A stretch of 32,000 nucleotides of DNA from Candidatus Nanobsidianus stetteri (GTDB lineage Archaea > Nanobdellota > Nanobdellia > Nanobdellales > Nanobdellaceae). The position numbers and the translations under genes were made by a program. The notes below the pieces were generated by a model, which worked only from the letters and a program-made list of their open reading frames with translations, did not search any database and was not told the origin of the DNA. Where the stretch lies: the NCBI RefSeq assembly GCF_003086415.1, contig NZ_QEFP02000003.1, forward strand, positions 1 to 32,000, given 5' to 3'. Below, piece after piece: positions 24,753 through 32,000 of the stretch. How positions within the stretch are numbered: the first letter of the stretch is position 1; each line of letters begins with the position of its first letter.

Positions 24753-25312
24753 TGAAGCATTTGCAATTTTTGGGAAAATATGTAGATGATATAATAAAGG
24801 GAAATAAAAATTTAACTATAAGATTATCAAAGGGAAATTTAAAAATTGGAGATATTTTTATTTTACATGCTGGAGGGAAAGTAATTGGAAAATTTAGGGT
24901 AAAAAATATATATACAAAGAAACTATATCAAATAACAGATGAAGAAGCAAAGAGAGATGGTTATAATAATAAAGAAGAATTAATAAATGATTTAAAAAGA
25001 ATATATAAAAGGTTAGATTTAAATAGAGAAGTTGCAATCATAGAATTTGAACCTGTAGAAATAATAAATAATATATCTTCTGAGGAATTTGCATGGGGTG
25101 GGCAAAAGATTGATTTAATTGAATTAGCAAAATTAATATTAAAATATGATGAGAAATTGAATGAAAAGGAAAGAAAACTATTAAATATATTAATTGAAAG
25201 TGGAAGTTTAAGAAAGGCTGCAATTAAGTTGGGTGGATTAAATAAAAGATATATAATTAGGAAAATATTAAAGAAGGGATTTTATAGATTAAGGGAAAAG
25301 AAAATTATATAA
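24752..25312 (+). CDS. ASCH (PUA-like) domain protein with C-terminal helix-turn-helix region
   Basis: N-terminal half: FLGKYVDDIIKGNKNLTIRLSKGNLKIGDIFILHAGGKVIGKFRVKNIY..LYQITDEEAKRDGY...ELINDLKRIY, an ASCH pattern. C-terminal half: LNEKERKLLNILIESGSLRKAAIKLGGLNKRYIIRKILKKG resembles a LuxR/sigma-r4-type HTH. Confidence 0.7.
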   Translation: MKHLQFLGKYVDDIIKGNKNLTIRLSKGNLKIGDIFILHAGGKVIGKFRVKNIYTKKLYQITDEEAKRDGYNNKEELINDLKRIYKRLDLNREVAIIEFEPVEIINNISSEEFAWGGQKIDLIELAKLILKYDEKLNEKERKLLNILIESGSLRKAAIKLGGLNKRYIIRKILKKGFYRLREKKII

Positions 25313-26687
25313 TATTTTCCTGTCTTAAATTTATTTTTAATCTTTTAATAAATTCATCATAATTATTTATATCCAATAAAAAACCTCCAAAATTATCAAA
25401 ACTAGAATAATAAATTATGTTGTTATCAAATAACTTTTTCAATATATTATTTATTAATTTTTTATTTTCATCTTTATTTGTCTTAATTATCCCTCTATAA
25501 AAATTATTTACTTTATATAATAAAATAATGACCTTTCCATTTATTATATTTTCTCTAATTAAAAGATTTAATAATAAGGGTAAAAAATATCCTTTTCCAT
25601 AATTTTTCTCAATTGTTATTATTTTCAATCCATTTTCATCTTTTATTTGTACATTATTATTTATTATATCATATAATAATTTTGAAAATTGTAATCTTAA
25701 ATTATTTTCAGATTCTCTCAAAATATCAATATTATATTTTTTAATGAAATATAATATTCCTTCCATTTTATTATTTTCAATTAATCCTTCAATATTATAT
25801 AATAATTCTAATAAATCTCCAATCTCTTCGCCCTTATTAATCTTATATATTTCACCTATTAAATCGTCTGTTCTTTGTAAATTATACTTTAACTTTAATT
25901 TTATTATATTACTAACTATTTTTTTAATATCTTCTTCAGATAAATCTTTATAAAATATACCAGCAGTTCCTCTATCCTTTATATTTAATTCTTTTACTAA
26001 TTCTAGAGCTTTTTCATCACTTCCAGTGATGTTCGGGATATAAAAATTAAATGGAGAGCTTAATACTTTATATAAAGGTTTTGTAAATATACCTGGAAGA
26101 TTTATTCCAGTATATTTTGATAATATTTCTCTATCAATTAATTCATTTAATATTTCATTATTTGGTTTATTAAAATCATATAAATTTCCAACTAATGATA
26201 AATATAAAATATTTTTATCATATGGATTCAAACTTTGATATAAATAATATAATATATCTGATGTAGATATTTCTTTATAACCATCCAAATTAAAAATATT
26301 TGGATTGAGATTTACAACATTATTTAATTCAATATCTTTTATTGTTAAAAAATGATGATCTATTATATATATCTTTTTATTTAAATCTTTATTTAACTTT
26401 ATTACATCATCTGAAAATATAGATCCAGTATCTAAAAATATTATGTTATCATATTCATACCCACTTTCACCTAAAAATAAATTATTAACCTCTTTTTTAC
26501 TTATATAATCTAAAAATGTTAGATGAACTTCAGAATTTTTTTCATATAAGTATTTTAATAAAAATATTGATGAAGATAAACCATCGGGATTTAATGAAGA
26601 TATAATTAAAAAATTTTGCTTATTTTCTACTGCCTTATTTATTCTATTAGATATCTCTTCTATATAGGATAAAAATCTATTGTTCAT
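25305..26687 (-). CDS. DHH-family RecJ/Cdc45-like protein with degenerate catalytic motifs
   Basis: Motif I is reduced to LIISSLNPDGLSSS (a single Asp). IIFLDTGS, motif III IIDHHF and GNLYDF are present. No GGGH (DHHA1) motif; the C-terminus has NFGGFLLD instead. The ATG overlaps the rps15 stop by 4 nt. Confidence 0.65.
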   Translation of the reverse strand: MNNRFLSYIEEISNRINKAVENKQNFLIISSLNPDGLSSSIFLLKYLYEKNSEVHLTFLDYISKKEVNNLFLGESGYEYDNIIFLDTGSIFSDDVIKLNKDLNKKIYIIDHHFLTIKDIELNNVVNLNPNIFNLDGYKEISTSDILYYLYQSLNPYDKNILYLSLVGNLYDFNKPNNEILNELIDREILSKYTGINLPGIFTKPLYKVLSSPFNFYIPNITGSDEKALELVKELNIKDRGTAGIFYKDLSEEDIKKIVSNIIKLKLKYNLQRTDDLIGEIYKINKGEEIGDLLELLYNIEGLIENNKMEGILYFIKKYNIDILRESENNLRLQFSKLLYDIINNNVQIKDENGLKIITIEKNYGKGYFLPLLLNLLIRENIINGKVIILLYKVNNFYRGIIKTNKDENKKLINNILKKLFDNNIIYYSSFDNFGGFLLDINNYDEFIKRLKINLRQENII

Positions 26688-27076
26688 GAATATCCATACA
26701 TCTTTGCTATATCTCTACTATATTCGAATGTTTGTGGTAATTTTTTATTTTTCTTATAGTATTTTATTAAACTTTTTACTCTGCTTTCAAGTTCCTCCAA
26801 TTTTTTCTTTGTTACAATATCCTTTCTATGTAATTCTAAATGTTTCAATATTCCATTTATTTTTTTAAATAAATATAATAGATCTTCAGGTATTTCTTGT
26901 TTTAAATTTAATTCTTTTGTTGCATATTTTACTAACTTTTTATTTAATATTTCTTTAACCTTTACACCATATTTTTCCTTTAATTCTCTTCCAATTTGTG
27001 ATGGTGTATATCCTTTATTCCATAATTCTTTTATTATATCATTAATTTGTTCTTTTGATATTTGATTATTTTCCAT
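26684..27076 (-). CDS. rps15: 30S ribosomal protein S15 (uS15/S13e type)
   Basis: GYTPSQIGRELKEKYGV..VKEILNKKL......L....IPEDLLYLFKKINGILKHLELHRKDIVTKKKLEELESRVKSLIKYYKK.KKLP..FEY matches archaeal S15P/S13e. Confidence 0.9.
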   Translation of the reverse strand: MENNQISKEQINDIIKELWNKGYTPSQIGRELKEKYGVKVKEILNKKLVKYATKELNLKQEIPEDLLYLFKKINGILKHLELHRKDIVTKKKLEELESRVKSLIKYYKKNKKLPQTFEYSRDIAKMYGYS

Positions 27077-27107
27077 ACTAGTTTAAATGATAAAAATATT
27101 AAAAAAA

Positions 27108-27614
27108 TTATCTTTCATATGTGCCTATAAAATAACCATAGCCAACAATATTTTCTTCCTTTACATATCTAATAAAATCATCAAAGAACCATCCATCTAT
27201 ATATAATTCTTTATTTAGAAATAATATTATTGTATAATATCTGTGTTTACCATGACCTTTTGGAGGACATGGACCATCATATCCAATTTTTCCAAAATCA
27301 TTTTTACCTTGAATAATTTGTACATCATCTATTTTAACAATTCTCTCCTTTTTAATTCCTGGAGGTATACTTTTTATTGGCTTATTTATATATGCAATCC
27401 AATGCCTAAATATACCACCAGGTGCATCTGGATCTTCTACAAATAATAACATACTTTTTGTATTGTTTGGTATTTCTTCAATTAATATTGGAAATGATAT
27501 ATTTTTTCCCTCACATGTATAATCTTCCGGTATTTTTTCCAAATCTCTAAAAGAACTTGAATATATATTTACTTTTATTGCATTGTCAGGTATTTTTATA
27601 TCCAATATTTCCAT
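27108..27614 (-). CDS. PEBP (YbhB/YbcL, Raf-kinase-inhibitor-like) family protein
   Basis: VEDPDAPGGIFRHW and GYDGPCPPKGHGKHRYYTIILF are the two hallmark PEBP motifs. Confidence 0.85.
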   Translation of the reverse strand: MEILDIKIPDNAIKVNIYSSSFRDLEKIPEDYTCEGKNISFPILIEEIPNNTKSMLLFVEDPDAPGGIFRHWIAYINKPIKSIPPGIKKERIVKIDDVQIIQGKNDFGKIGYDGPCPPKGHGKHRYYTIILFLNKELYIDGWFFDDFIRYVKEENIVGYGYFIGTYER

Positions 27615-27654
27615 AAAATATATTTATTTAAAAATTTTAATATATTTATCTTTT

Positions 27655-27702
27655 ATGATGAAAATCTAAAATCTGAAAAATGATGAGTTGTCGGTCTACT
27701 GA
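27655..27702 (+). ncRNA. C/D-box sRNA (2'-O-methylation guide)
   Basis: C box ATGATGA (27655-61), 11-nt spacer AAATCTAAAAT, D' box CTGA (27673-76), 3-nt linker AAA, C' box ATGATGA (27680-86), 12-nt spacer GTTGTCGGTCTA, D box CTGA (27699-702). This is canonical archaeal box order and spacing, in an otherwise unassigned intergenic gap. The flanks may add a few nt. Confidence 0.75.
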
Positions 27703-27710
27703 TTTATAAA
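27703..27710 (+). promoter_or_regulatory. TATA box of archease gene
   Basis: TTTATAAA starts 30 nt upstream of ATG 27733 and immediately follows the D box of the C/D sRNA. Confidence 0.5.
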
Positions 27711-27732
27711 ATTATTTAAAAATATTTTTAAT

Positions 27733-28191
27733 ATGACTGTTTTGAGGGAATATGAATATGAAGATCATACTGCAGATATAAAGATTGTTGGTTATGGAAA
27801 TACACCAAAGAGAGCAATTGAGGCATTAATATTGGGAATGTTTAATATTATATATGATAATGAGAAAGTTGAGAAAAAAGAATCTAAACAATTTGTAATT
27901 GAAGGGAAAAATATATTGGAGATTATATACAATGTTGCTAGAATATGTTTAGAAGAGGTTTTTTATAAGGATAAGTTTGCTGTAAGAGATATAAGAGTAA
28001 AAAATTTAAAGAAAGTTAGGGTTGAAAGCAAAAAATATAAGTGGGTATGTAGATTTGAAGTTTATGGAGAAAAATATGATAAAGAAAAACATGGATTTAA
28101 AAAAGAAGTTAAAGCAGTTACTTTACATGATATAAATATTACAAAAATAATGAAAACCTATTGGAGTGCAGAAATTGTTGTTGATGTCTAA
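27733..28191 (+). CDS. archease (RtcB tRNA-ligase cofactor family)
   Basis: YEYEDHTADIKIVGYGNTPKRAIEALILGMFNII and the C-terminal VKAVTLHDINI...W.AEIVVDV match the archease signature. TTTATAAA starts exactly 30 nt upstream of the ATG. Confidence 0.85.
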   Translation: MTVLREYEYEDHTADIKIVGYGNTPKRAIEALILGMFNIIYDNEKVEKKESKQFVIEGKNILEIIYNVARICLEEVFYKDKFAVRDIRVKNLKKVRVESKKYKWVCRFEVYGEKYDKEKHGFKKEVKAVTLHDINITKIMKTYWSAEIVVDV

Positions 28192-29066
28192 CTTTCCTGT
28201 TCTTTTTTAGCTTCAAAATATTTATATAATGGTATATTTCCAATTAAATAATATAATAGATCTAATATTATTGCAATAGATAATACAAATGCAAATTCAT
28301 CAACTGATGGTTCTGGTACTATAAAATATAATAAAAGTAATGTATATAATGCAATAATCTCCATTAGCATTCCAACCCTAAAAGACATTCTTACTCTTTC
28401 AATAAAAGGTTTATCTTTTTCCTTTACTATATTTGTTGATAATACCACATTATTATCAATTGCAAATCCTAAAATCATTAACATCCCAATAAATCCATTT
28501 GCTCCTATAGGATATTTTGTTATAGATAATATTGCCAACAAACCAATAACATCAAATAATATTGTAGATATTATATTTAAAGTAATCTTAGAAGCTCTAA
28601 ATGCTATAAATATTACAAATGATGTAAGTATTATTGTTAAAATTACAAAGAATAAAAATTGATTAAATATAAGATTGCCTACTAAAGAACTATATTGTTG
28701 TATTGATATATCTGTAGGAGATAGTTCAATATTATAATCTTGATTTAATAAATTAATTAATAATGTTTCATTAATTTGTTTTCCTGATTCAATATAAATA
28801 ATATTTGGTGTATTATATAATACGTAGTCCGTTATATTCATTTGATTTAATACATTTTGTATTTGAGTGTTTGTTATATGATAATTATTATTTATTAATG
28901 TTATATAACCTCCAGAAATTGTAATAGATTTGTTAATTATATATCCGTACTTAAAGTAATTAAATAATATTATTCCAACAAATACTGCAAATATTAATAT
29001 AGAAATTATTAGAAACTTCTTATAATTATTTTCTATAAATGATAAGATTTTCATTAACATGCTCAT
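28188..29066 (-). CDS. secF: SecF-like protein-export membrane protein (SecD/F family)
   Basis: N-terminal TM, a periplasmic-type domain beginning SITISGGY (cf. GIDFTGG), then TM bundle IAFRASK..ILFDVIGLLAI..MLMILGFAIDNNVVLSTNIVKEK (cf. RF...hDv...iGYSiNDtIVvfDRiRE). 292 aa. No adjacent secD. Confidence 0.6.
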   Translation of the reverse strand: MSMLMKILSFIENNYKKFLIISILIFAVFVGIILFNYFKYGYIINKSITISGGYITLINNNYHITNTQIQNVLNQMNITDYVLYNTPNIIYIESGKQINETLLINLLNQDYNIELSPTDISIQQYSSLVGNLIFNQFLFFVILTIILTSFVIFIAFRASKITLNIISTILFDVIGLLAILSITKYPIGANGFIGMLMILGFAIDNNVVLSTNIVKEKDKPFIERVRMSFRVGMLMEIIALYTLLLLYFIVPEPSVDEFAFVLSIAIILDLLYYLIGNIPLYKYFEAKKEQES

Positions 29067-29088
29067 TTTTTACATATTCTTAAAAAAG

Positions 29089-29097
29089 TATATAAAA
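29089..29097. promoter_or_regulatory. central TATA element shared by divergent secF-like and LamG surface-protein genes
   Basis: TATATAAAA sits in the 53-nt spacer. The minus-strand TTTATATA starts at 29096, 30 nt from ATG 29066. The plus-strand TATATAA starts at 29089, 31 nt from ATG 29120. Confidence 0.45.
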
Positions 29098-29119
29098 TTA
29101 TTTTTTTCATAATAGGTAT

Positions 29120-30934
29120 ATGAGATCCTTTAATTATTTAGTAGAAATAATATTAACTGTATCTTTAATATTATTGTTCTTAATAAACATTCAATTTCCT
29201 CAAAGTCCTTCATATTATATAAATATATTTAATAAAAAATATACATTGTATACCGCCTTAGCAAATACTTATAATGATAAATTTCTAAGTTATTTAGAAA
29301 CAAATCAATTTGATGTATTAGCTTCAATATATAATAGTATGCTATCGGGTTATTTTAATTATTATGATTTAAAGCAAGCAGTAGATTATAGTTTAAACTT
29401 TTACAATACTTATAATTCAACATGCTATGAATTTTTATTTCCATTTCCATATCTAGGAAACAATTTATTATATTCATTAAATGTGAGTGGACAAGTTAAT
29501 AATTTTTTCTTAATATATAATTCTCAAGGAACATTGTGTGGAAATATTGCATCAAGTGATGATTGGTATGGAATAATAATATCTAGTTATTCTAGTAACA
29601 ATTTATCTATATATTTAAATTTAACAAATGTAACAAGTTTTGTTAATTACACTGTAGATCCTTATTCATTTTATGCATATAATATTGATTTATATCCAAT
29701 ACAAATCCAATATTTGAATGTATCATATATTAATACATCTAATGGGTATATTCCAATGATAAATATATCATTAAATTTACCTGACGGTTATACACAACCA
29801 ATAATTATATTATTTAGAGCTGAAAATAATAATTTTAATTATTTAAATTTAACAAACAATTATCAATTAGTGAACAATTTACCTGCCCAATTGGTACAAT
29901 ATGTTATATTTCCATTTAGTTGGGAAACACTGTATGTTTCTCCTCAATGTTTAGATCAATCTAATGTTATATCTTTTACAAATAATAATCAATATTTTAA
30001 TTTAACAAACTCTTCATATTATCCTTCTCAATTATCTGGTAATACATCAATAACTGTTGTTGCTTGGATTTATATAAATAATTATTATTCTTCTTCCTGT
30101 GCTTCTGGAGAAAATTATATAAGTGCAATAGTTAATACATCTGTGGCAAATTATGTAGGTTCCATATTTAGTCAAATAATTATACCAAATAATAGTCAAT
30201 ATTATCTAGGAATAGATGAAAGTAATAATATAGGATATTTGCCAAATTATACTTTACCAATGAATCAATGGATTTTTGTTTTCTGGGAATATAATAATAG
30301 TAATGGGCAATTTTATGGGGGATTTATAAATCAAAGTGGAATATATTATGGTCAAATAATACCTTATCCTGGTTATTCATCTTTGCAACCTTTAAATTTA
30401 TACTATCCACCAAATGAAACAATATATTTAGGAACTCCTACAACGTTGTATCCTCCTCAATGTACATTTTTAGGAAATATATATGTAATTGCATTTTATA
30501 ATCAACCATTAACAATAAATCAACTAGAAAATATATATTATTCAGAAGATTTTAATTATTATAATCCAGTAATAATTTATTATGGTAAAAATTATAATCC
30601 AAATACAGGAATATTATATGGAAATGGACCAAATTATAATATGCAAGCATATAATAATCCGCAATCTATAAATTTTGTAGAACCATATTCTCAATTAATA
30701 ATAGATTATTCAATTCCTCCAGATTATCAGAATAATATAATATCTTCAAATATAAATATTAGCCAGTGTTATCCTGTAAATGTTTATTATTCAGATCAAT
30801 TAATACCAATAATATTATATAATTATTGGAGTTATTTCAATGTAAATCCAGTACCAAGTGGATATAAATATAGTAGTAGTATAGTTTATCCATATGGCTT
30901 AGGATATTCTAAATTCTCTGTATATGGCTCGTAG
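29120..30934 (+). CDS. Asn/Tyr-rich surface protein with N-terminal hydrophobic (pilin-like) anchor and LamG/ConA-like lectin domain
   Basis: N-terminus MRSFNYLVEIILTVSLILLFLINI. The LamG-type pattern is NTSITVVAWIYI....ISAIVN....YYLGIDE....WIFVFWEYNNSNGQFYGGFINQSG......ETIYLGTP......FLGNIYVIAFYNQPLTINQLENIY. Many N-x-S/T sequons. Confidence 0.65.
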   Translation: MRSFNYLVEIILTVSLILLFLINIQFPQSPSYYINIFNKKYTLYTALANTYNDKFLSYLETNQFDVLASIYNSMLSGYFNYYDLKQAVDYSLNFYNTYNSTCYEFLFPFPYLGNNLLYSLNVSGQVNNFFLIYNSQGTLCGNIASSDDWYGIIISSYSSNNLSIYLNLTNVTSFVNYTVDPYSFYAYNIDLYPIQIQYLNVSYINTSNGYIPMINISLNLPDGYTQPIIILFRAENNNFNYLNLTNNYQLVNNLPAQLVQYVIFPFSWETLYVSPQCLDQSNVISFTNNNQYFNLTNSSYYPSQLSGNTSITVVAWIYINNYYSSSCASGENYISAIVNTSVANYVGSIFSQIIIPNNSQYYLGIDESNNIGYLPNYTLPMNQWIFVFWEYNNSNGQFYGGFINQSGIYYGQIIPYPGYSSLQPLNLYYPPNETIYLGTPTTLYPPQCTFLGNIYVIAFYNQPLTINQLENIYYSEDFNYYNPVIIYYGKNYNPNTGILYGNGPNYNMQAYNNPQSINFVEPYSQLIIDYSIPPDYQNNIISSNINISQCYPVNVYYSDQLIPIILYNYWSYFNVNPVPSGYKYSSSIVYPYGLGYSKFSVYGS

Positions 30935-32000
30935 TCAGTTATATTTATATACAATTGTTGTATTATTATTAATTCTATTTTATTTTGTTTCTAACTTAGA
31001 TTTATTAGATAAAGAATTTCAATTTTATTCAGATACATATCCTCAATATGGAGAAATATATAAATTATTATATGGGAATGATATATTTGAAAATATATTA
31101 AATTTGTATGGATCTACATTAATTCCATTTACTGTTTATTATAATTGTTCATATAATATTATACAGGTTCCAAATTATTTTAATTCAACACATGTAATTG
31201 TAGTAGATAATGTTTATAATTTCTTACCTTCATATGCATCAAATAATTTTGTAGCATTTGAAATAATAAATAATTATTCTATAAGTTATTCTAATACTGG
31301 ATATTGTATATTTAATGGATATGAAGTATATAATCCATATTTTAATAATCAATTTGAAGGAACTGGTGATTTACCATATTATATTATATTTTATCCACAG
31401 AATATTTTTACTATAAATGACAATTATTTAAATAATTTATATAATTTGGAAGGAAATGTGATTTTTCAATATTTAAATAATTATAGATGTATTGCTGGAG
31501 AAATAAAATCTTTAAGTGTTCAAAAAATTTTGAATGGAATTTCTGTGAGCTTTTTAAATATATCAAATGCTCAATTGAATAATAGCATAATATCAGTAAA
31601 TATAATTAATAATGATATATGTCCAATTGATTTAAATAAGATATATTATGATAATTATAATATACCATCATTTGGAAATAATTTTAATACATCTTCTAAT
31701 AGTAGTTTAATTTATCCAGGTCAGCAAATTGTTGGATATTATCAGTATAATAATGATGATTTATATTTCTGTTTAGAATCTTTGGGTAATGAAATATGTA
31801 CACCAATTAATAATTTATCAATACAATATTATGTTCCAATAACATTATATAATACTCAATCTATTCCAACTCCAGAACCTTTCCAACAAGATATAGCAAT
31901 ATGTAATGGAAGTGTAAATATTGGTCCTAATTTTGCATATGTAAATAATCCAACATTATTTAATCAAATAAATCCAAATGGACAAAATGTAATGTTCTTT
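30924..32000 (+). CDS. Asn/Tyr-rich surface protein with pilin-like N-terminus and DUF2341-type domain (3' end outside window; not in supplied ORF track)
   Basis: ATG at 30924 follows an in-frame TAG at 30900-30902. The frame then stays open for 359 codons to the window end. N-terminus MARSQLYLYTIVVLLLILFYFV. The C-terminal visible part, VPITLYNTQSIPTPEPFQQDIAICNGSVNIGPNFAYVNNPTLFNQINPNGQNVMFF, is about 76% identical over 54 aa to residues of the 12384 gene. It overlaps the upstream gene by 11 nt. Confidence 0.65.
   Translation, partial: MARSQLYLYTIVVLLLILFYFVSNLDLLDKEFQFYSDTYPQYGEIYKLLYGNDIFENILNLYGSTLIPFTVYYNCSYNIIQVPNYFNSTHVIVVDNVYNFLPSYASNNFVAFEIINNYSISYSNTGYCIFNGYEVYNPYFNNQFEGTGDLPYYIIFYPQNIFTINDNYLNNLYNLEGNVIFQYLNNYRCIAGEIKSLSVQKILNGISVSFLNISNAQLNNSIISVNIINNDICPIDLNKIYYDNYNIPSFGNNFNTSSNSSLIYPGQQIVGYYQYNNDDLYFCLESLGNEICTPINNLSIQYYVPITLYNTQSIPTPEPFQQDIAICNGSVNIGPNFAYVNNPTLFNQINPNGQNVMFF
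31948..31990 (+). repeat. 43-nt tract identical to 13060-13102
   Basis: Same 43-mer, same strand, same reading frame (encodes PTLFNQINPNGQNV). Confidence 0.9.

Noticed and set aside
1-32000. CRISPR arrays, integrases, transposases, proviral remnants or tRNA-adjacent integration scars
   Set aside because: Non-coding space is almost nil and the largest gap is 207 nt. No regularly spaced direct repeats were seen. Sequences flanking all four tRNAs are housekeeping genes. No partial tRNA 3'-end duplications were noticed.

Overview
This is an extremely AT-rich, very gene-dense archaeal chromosome segment. GC is a quarter or less by eye; I did not compute it. Nearly every base is covered by about 44 protein genes, 4 tRNAs and 1 C/D-box sRNA. 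Many start/stop overlaps (ATGA, TAATG) link adjacent genes, and several convergent gene pairs overlap.

The content is dominated by archaeal information processing:
- Replication and repair: PCNA, histone, RadA, XPD, endonuclease III, an ATL-like/endonuclease V fusion, two DHH/RecJ-like proteins, and a DExH helicase with a DUF1998 domain.
- Translation and RNA: aIF5A, Sm protein, archease, and ribosomal proteins L15e, S8e, S11 and S15.
- Other: a minimal SufC/SufBD pair, a MacB/FtsX-type ABC transporter operon, SecF, and PEBP.

No metabolic genes, CRISPR array, transposase or integrase are visible. The tRNA stems are almost pure G-C in an AT-rich background, and two tRNAs carry canonical 37/38 introns. 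Together with the compaction and the Asn/Tyr/Ile/Lys-rich proteome, this suggests a reduced, probably thermophilic and host-dependent DPANN/Nanoarchaeota-like archaeon. That assignment is an inference only.

Most noteworthy observations:
1. A paralogous family of Asn/Tyr-rich surface proteins with pilin-like N-termini and LamG/DUF2341 lectin-type domains (12384-14075; 29120 to beyond 32000, next to secF). It includes an ORF missing from the supplied track and a 43-nt identical tract between paralogs.
2. An alkyltransferase-like/EndoV fusion in which both catalytic centres appear substituted.
3. A textbook C/D-box sRNA immediately upstream of archease.
4. TATA elements at a fixed distance of about 30 nt from ATGs, which implies leaderless mRNAs. 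Single central TATA elements are shared by divergent gene pairs, including tRNA/ribosomal-protein pairs.
5. A cysteine-free minimal Suf pair.

All family calls rest on motif recognition by eye. No searches were run.
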